Both the position numbers and the translations under genes were made by a program. Under the pieces are notes generated by a model, which ran no database searches, had not been told where the DNA came from, and was given only the letters and a program-made list of their open reading frames with translations. From positions 378,131 to 442,130 of the forward strand of contig CAVXPZ010000003.1 of assembly GCA_963763775.1 (NCBI GenBank): 64,000 bases of DNA, in the 5' to 3' direction. Origin of the DNA: an uncultured Chloroflexia bacterium (GTDB lineage: Bacteria > Chloroflexota > Limnocylindria > Limnocylindrales > CSP1-4). Within the stretch, counting starts at the first letter, position 1. Every line of letters starts with the position of its first letter. This document shows positions 61,247 to 64,000 of the stretch, one piece after another.

Positions 61247-62343
61247 CGGCCCGCCTCGGACGCCGGTGCGCTCCCGACGGCCGTGGCGTCCGCGGGGGGC
61301 GCGAAGCCGCGGCCCGGGCCGGGATCGGGCTGACCGGCCTGCATGACGAGAGCGCGCCGTTCAAGGTCCGCGGCCTCGGCGGCCGTGGCCGGCCAGATCG
61401 GCTTGAAGCTGTACCACTGATGCGGTGCGGCGGCCACGGTCTCGGCCAGCCAGTCGGCGAGGGCCTGGGTGACCCGCCAGAGCTCGGCCGGGTCCTCCGA
61501 GACGATGTCGATCGGCCCGCGCCACGTGACCAGCATCGTGTCGTCGGGCTGCCGGCGGATCGAGATCGGGAGGATGCGCGAGCCGGTCTTGGCGGCGAGC
61601 GTCGCGGGACCGGCGGGCAGGGCCGTCCATGCGCCGAAGAGCCGGACCGGGATCCCGTCGCTGCGGTAGCCCCAGTCCACGAGAAGCCCGAGGAGCTCCT
61701 TGCGCCGGAGCACGCCGAAGATCCCGCGGAGGTTGCGCCAGCCGATGAGCTTGACCCCCCAGCCCTCGCGCTGGCGTCGGAGCAGGTCGAACAGCTCCGG
61801 GAAGGACGAGTCGTCCGCCACGACGCTGAGCGGCAGGCCGTGCCGGGCGATCCCGGCCGCGACCGCCTCGTTGCTGCCCATGTGCCCGACGACCAGGATC
61901 ATCCCGCCGCCGCGCGGCGCCTCGTGCCAGAGGCGTCGGACCTCCCCGATATCGAGCGTCGGCGTCAGGCCGGCCACCTCGTCGAGCGGACGCGACGGCA
62001 GCCGCATGAGCTCCACGAGGTAGCGGCCGTACTCGAGATAGGCGCGAAGCGCCATCCGACGGACGCGCGGGTCGTCGGGCGACAGGCCGAGGACGTGGCC
62101 GAAGTTGCGGTTCGACCAGCGCCGTTTCGTCGGCCAGACGAGGTACGAGAGTTGCGACAGCCGGCCGACGATCCCGCGAGCGAGGCCCTGCGGCAGGACC
62201 CCGAACACCCACGCCGTCACCCGGTAGGCGAGGACCGCCAGGCGCTCGACGACGCGGGGACTGCTGCCCCCGCGTCGATGCGGGGCCTCGAGGCGGCGTT
62301 CGCCCGGGGCGACCCCGTCGGTCCGCTGACGGCCGTCGGTCAC
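61243..62343 (-). CDS. LpxL/HtrB/PatA-family lipid acyltransferase (second, intact copy)
   Basis: [13 protein letters not shown] (HX4 motif region), [36 protein letters not shown] and [15 protein letters not shown] 62343 forms a GTGA overlap with the ino1 stop. Confidence 0.8.
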   Translation of the reverse strand: MTDGRQRTDGVAPGERRLEAPHRRGGSSPRVVERLAVLAYRVTAWVFGVLPQGLARGIVGRLSQLSYLVWPTKRRWSNRNFGHVLGLSPDDPRVRRMALRAYLEYGRYLVELMRLPSRPLDEVAGLTPTLDIGEVRRLWHEAPRGGGMILVVGHMGSNEAVAAGIARHGLPLSVVADDSSFPELFDLLRRQREGWGVKLIGWRNLRGIFGVLRRKELLGLLVDWGYRSDGIPVRLFGAWTALPAGPATLAAKTGSRILPISIRRQPDDTMLVTWRGPIDIVSEDPAELWRVTQALADWLAETVAAAPHQWYSFKPIWPATAAEAADLERRALVMQAGQPDPGPGRGFAPPADATAVGSAPASEAGR

Positions 62344-63587
62344 TTCGCCGCGGCGGTCGCGACCTGCGCCTTGTTGCCGGCGAGCTTGCGCAGCTTGCGC
62401 TTGACGGGCGCCTCGGTGCCCACGAGCGTCTCGTTGTCCTCGCCGCGGATGAACGCCTCCACCCGGTTGAAGGCGATGTCGTCGTGGATCTGCTGGGGCG
62501 GGCTCTTCATGAAGTAGCTCGAGGGGGCGACGAGCGTGCCCTTGAGCCCGCGGTCGAGGCCGAGCTTCATGCAGCGGATGGCGTCGGTGATGACGCCGGC
62601 GCTGTTCGGGCTGTCCCAGACCTCGAGCTTGAGCTCCGCGTTGAGCGGCACGTCGCCGTAGGTCGTGCCCTCCATCCGGATGTAGCACCACTTGCGGTCG
62701 AGCAGCCACGGCACGTGGTCGCTGGGGCCGACGTGGATGTCGTCCTCGTCGAGCTCGTAGTCGAGCATCGAGGTGACGGCGTTGGTCTTGGAGATCTTCT
62801 TGGACTCGAGGCGCTCGCGCTCGAGCATGTTGAGGAAGTCCGTGTTGCCGCCGAAGTTCAGCTGGTAGGTGCGGTCGAGGCGGACGCCGCGGTCCATGAA
62901 CAGGCGGGTGAGGACGCGGTGGGTGATCGTGGCGCCGACCTGGCTCTTGATGTCGTCGCCGATGACCGGGAGGCCGGCCTCCGCGAAGCGGCGCTGCCAG
63001 TAGGGCTCACGGCCGATGAAGACCGGGATCGCGTTGACGAACCCGACGCCGGCCTTGAGGGCCTGCTCGGCGTACCACTTCGTCGCCTCCTCGCTGCCGA
63101 CCGGCAGGTAGGAGACCATGACGTCGACCTCGCGCTCCTTGAGGATGCCGACGATGTCGGCGGTCTCGCCCGGCGCCTTCTCGATGATCTGGCTGAGGTA
63201 CTTGCCCAGGCCGTCGTGGACCATGCCGCGCTCGACGGTCACGCCGATCTTGGAGACCTGCTGGAAGACGTACGTGTTGTTCGGCTTCGTGTAGATCGCC
63301 TCGGACAGGTCCTTGCCGACCTTGTTCTTGTCGATGTCGAACGCCGCGACGAAATCGATGTCGCGGATGTGGTAGCCGCCCAGGTTGACGTGCATCAGCC
63401 CGGGGACGAAGTCGTCGTCGTTCGCGTTCTCGTAGTAGTAGCGGCCCTGGACGAGGCTGCTCGCGCAGTTGCCGACGCCGACGATCGCGACGCGGATCTT
63501 GCCGTCGCCGCGGCGCCCGGCGCCTGCCCACGTGTTGCCCGGCGTCGCGCCGTTCTTCCCGTTGCCGTTGCTTCCGTTCTTGGCCAC
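62340..63587 (-). CDS. ino1: Inositol-3-phosphate synthase
   Basis: [45 protein letters not shown] and [19 protein letters not shown]. Start placed at GTG 63587 after GGAGAG. Confidence 0.92.
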   Translation of the reverse strand: MAKNGSNGNGKNGATPGNTWAGAGRRGDGKIRVAIVGVGNCASSLVQGRYYYENANDDDFVPGLMHVNLGGYHIRDIDFVAAFDIDKNKVGKDLSEAIYTKPNNTYVFQQVSKIGVTVERGMVHDGLGKYLSQIIEKAPGETADIVGILKEREVDVMVSYLPVGSEEATKWYAEQALKAGVGFVNAIPVFIGREPYWQRRFAEAGLPVIGDDIKSQVGATITHRVLTRLFMDRGVRLDRTYQLNFGGNTDFLNMLERERLESKKISKTNAVTSMLDYELDEDDIHVGPSDHVPWLLDRKWCYIRMEGTTYGDVPLNAELKLEVWDSPNSAGVITDAIRCMKLGLDRGLKGTLVAPSSYFMKSPPQQIHDDIAFNRVEAFIRGEDNETLVGTEAPVKRKLRKLAGNKAQVATAAAK

Positions 63588-63606
63588 TGTGCTCTCTCCG
63601 TTGCGC

Positions 63607-64000
63607 TTACTTGGTCTGGGTGGTCGAGGTGGACTGCTGCTGATCTTGGCGGCGGACGAACAGGATCCGCTGGATGACGGTGATGACGGCCCCAACGAGG
63701 ATGACGCCGAGCGCGAACTCGATGGCCGCGATGCCGATGCTCGTCCCGGTCAGGACGATCCCGAGCGAGATGATGACGAGGCGGACCTCACGGGGCATGA
63801 CCCCGATCGCCGCCAGTCCCATCCCCGAGGAGTAGCCGAGGGCGTCGGACTTCGCCCGGGCGTAGCTGACCATGATCGATGCGCCCATGGCGGCCGCGGC
63901 CACGAGGACGGGCAGGTCCGCCGCGCCGGCGGCCTGCATCCCGGCGATGACGCCGAGGAAGACGACGATCTCGCCCGCCTTGTCGAAGAACGAGTCCATG
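63607..64000 (-). CDS. CDP-alcohol phosphatidyltransferase family protein (PgsA1/PIP-synthase-like), 5' end outside the window
   Basis: The first readable residues DSFFDKAGE fit the D-x3-D end of the family signature, followed by four TM segments. The ORF is still open at the window edge. Confidence 0.7.
   Translation of the reverse strand, partial: MDSFFDKAGEIVVFLGVIAGMQAAGAADLPVLVAAAAMGASIMVSYARAKSDALGYSSGMGLAAIGVMPREVRLVIISLGIVLTGTSIGIAAIEFALGVILVGAVITVIQRILFVRRQDQQQSTSTTQTK

Overview
High-GC (roughly 70% by eye, not computed) bacterial chromosome segment covering the replication-origin neighbourhood of an actinobacterium-like genome. rpmH-rnpA-yidD-yidC-jag on the minus strand face dnaA-dnaN-recF-DUF721 on the plus strand, and a DnaA-box cluster lies between dnaA and dnaN. 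To the left are rodA-mrdA-mreD, two parS sites, parA-parB-gyrB, gyrA, prs, secA, prfB with its canonical +1 frameshift site, ftsEX, an S41 protease and smpB. Further on are a urease (ureAB-ureC) beside an MFS transporter and a NicO-type nickel transporter/Fur-family pair, then tmRNA. The right-hand 13 kb is an envelope glycosylation and glycolipid block. It holds a GT2 polyprenyl-phosphate glycosyltransferase, three GT-C membrane glycosyltransferases (one a 1290-aa PMT-type enzyme with a ~410-aa insert) and a tightly overlapped PI/PIM-type operon (pgsA-like, ino1, two acyltransferases, a PHP phosphoesterase, a pimA-like GT4). I recognised no transposase, integrase, CRISPR array, rRNA or tRNA gene. 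The most pervasive oddity is that nine well-conserved genes, including dnaA and rodA, each need one frame change to be read. I think assembly indels are more likely than biology, but sequence alone cannot decide. Candidate novelties are listed in the findings: a PHP phosphoesterase inside the PI operon, a propeller-like insert in the PMT, a PP2C-like pseudophosphatase membrane protein, a Cys-rich small ORF coupled to prfB, and a structured spacer before smpB. None is a proven new system. The very long Arg/Pro/Gly/Asp-rich ORFs in the track are shadow frames of a high-GC genome and were ignored.
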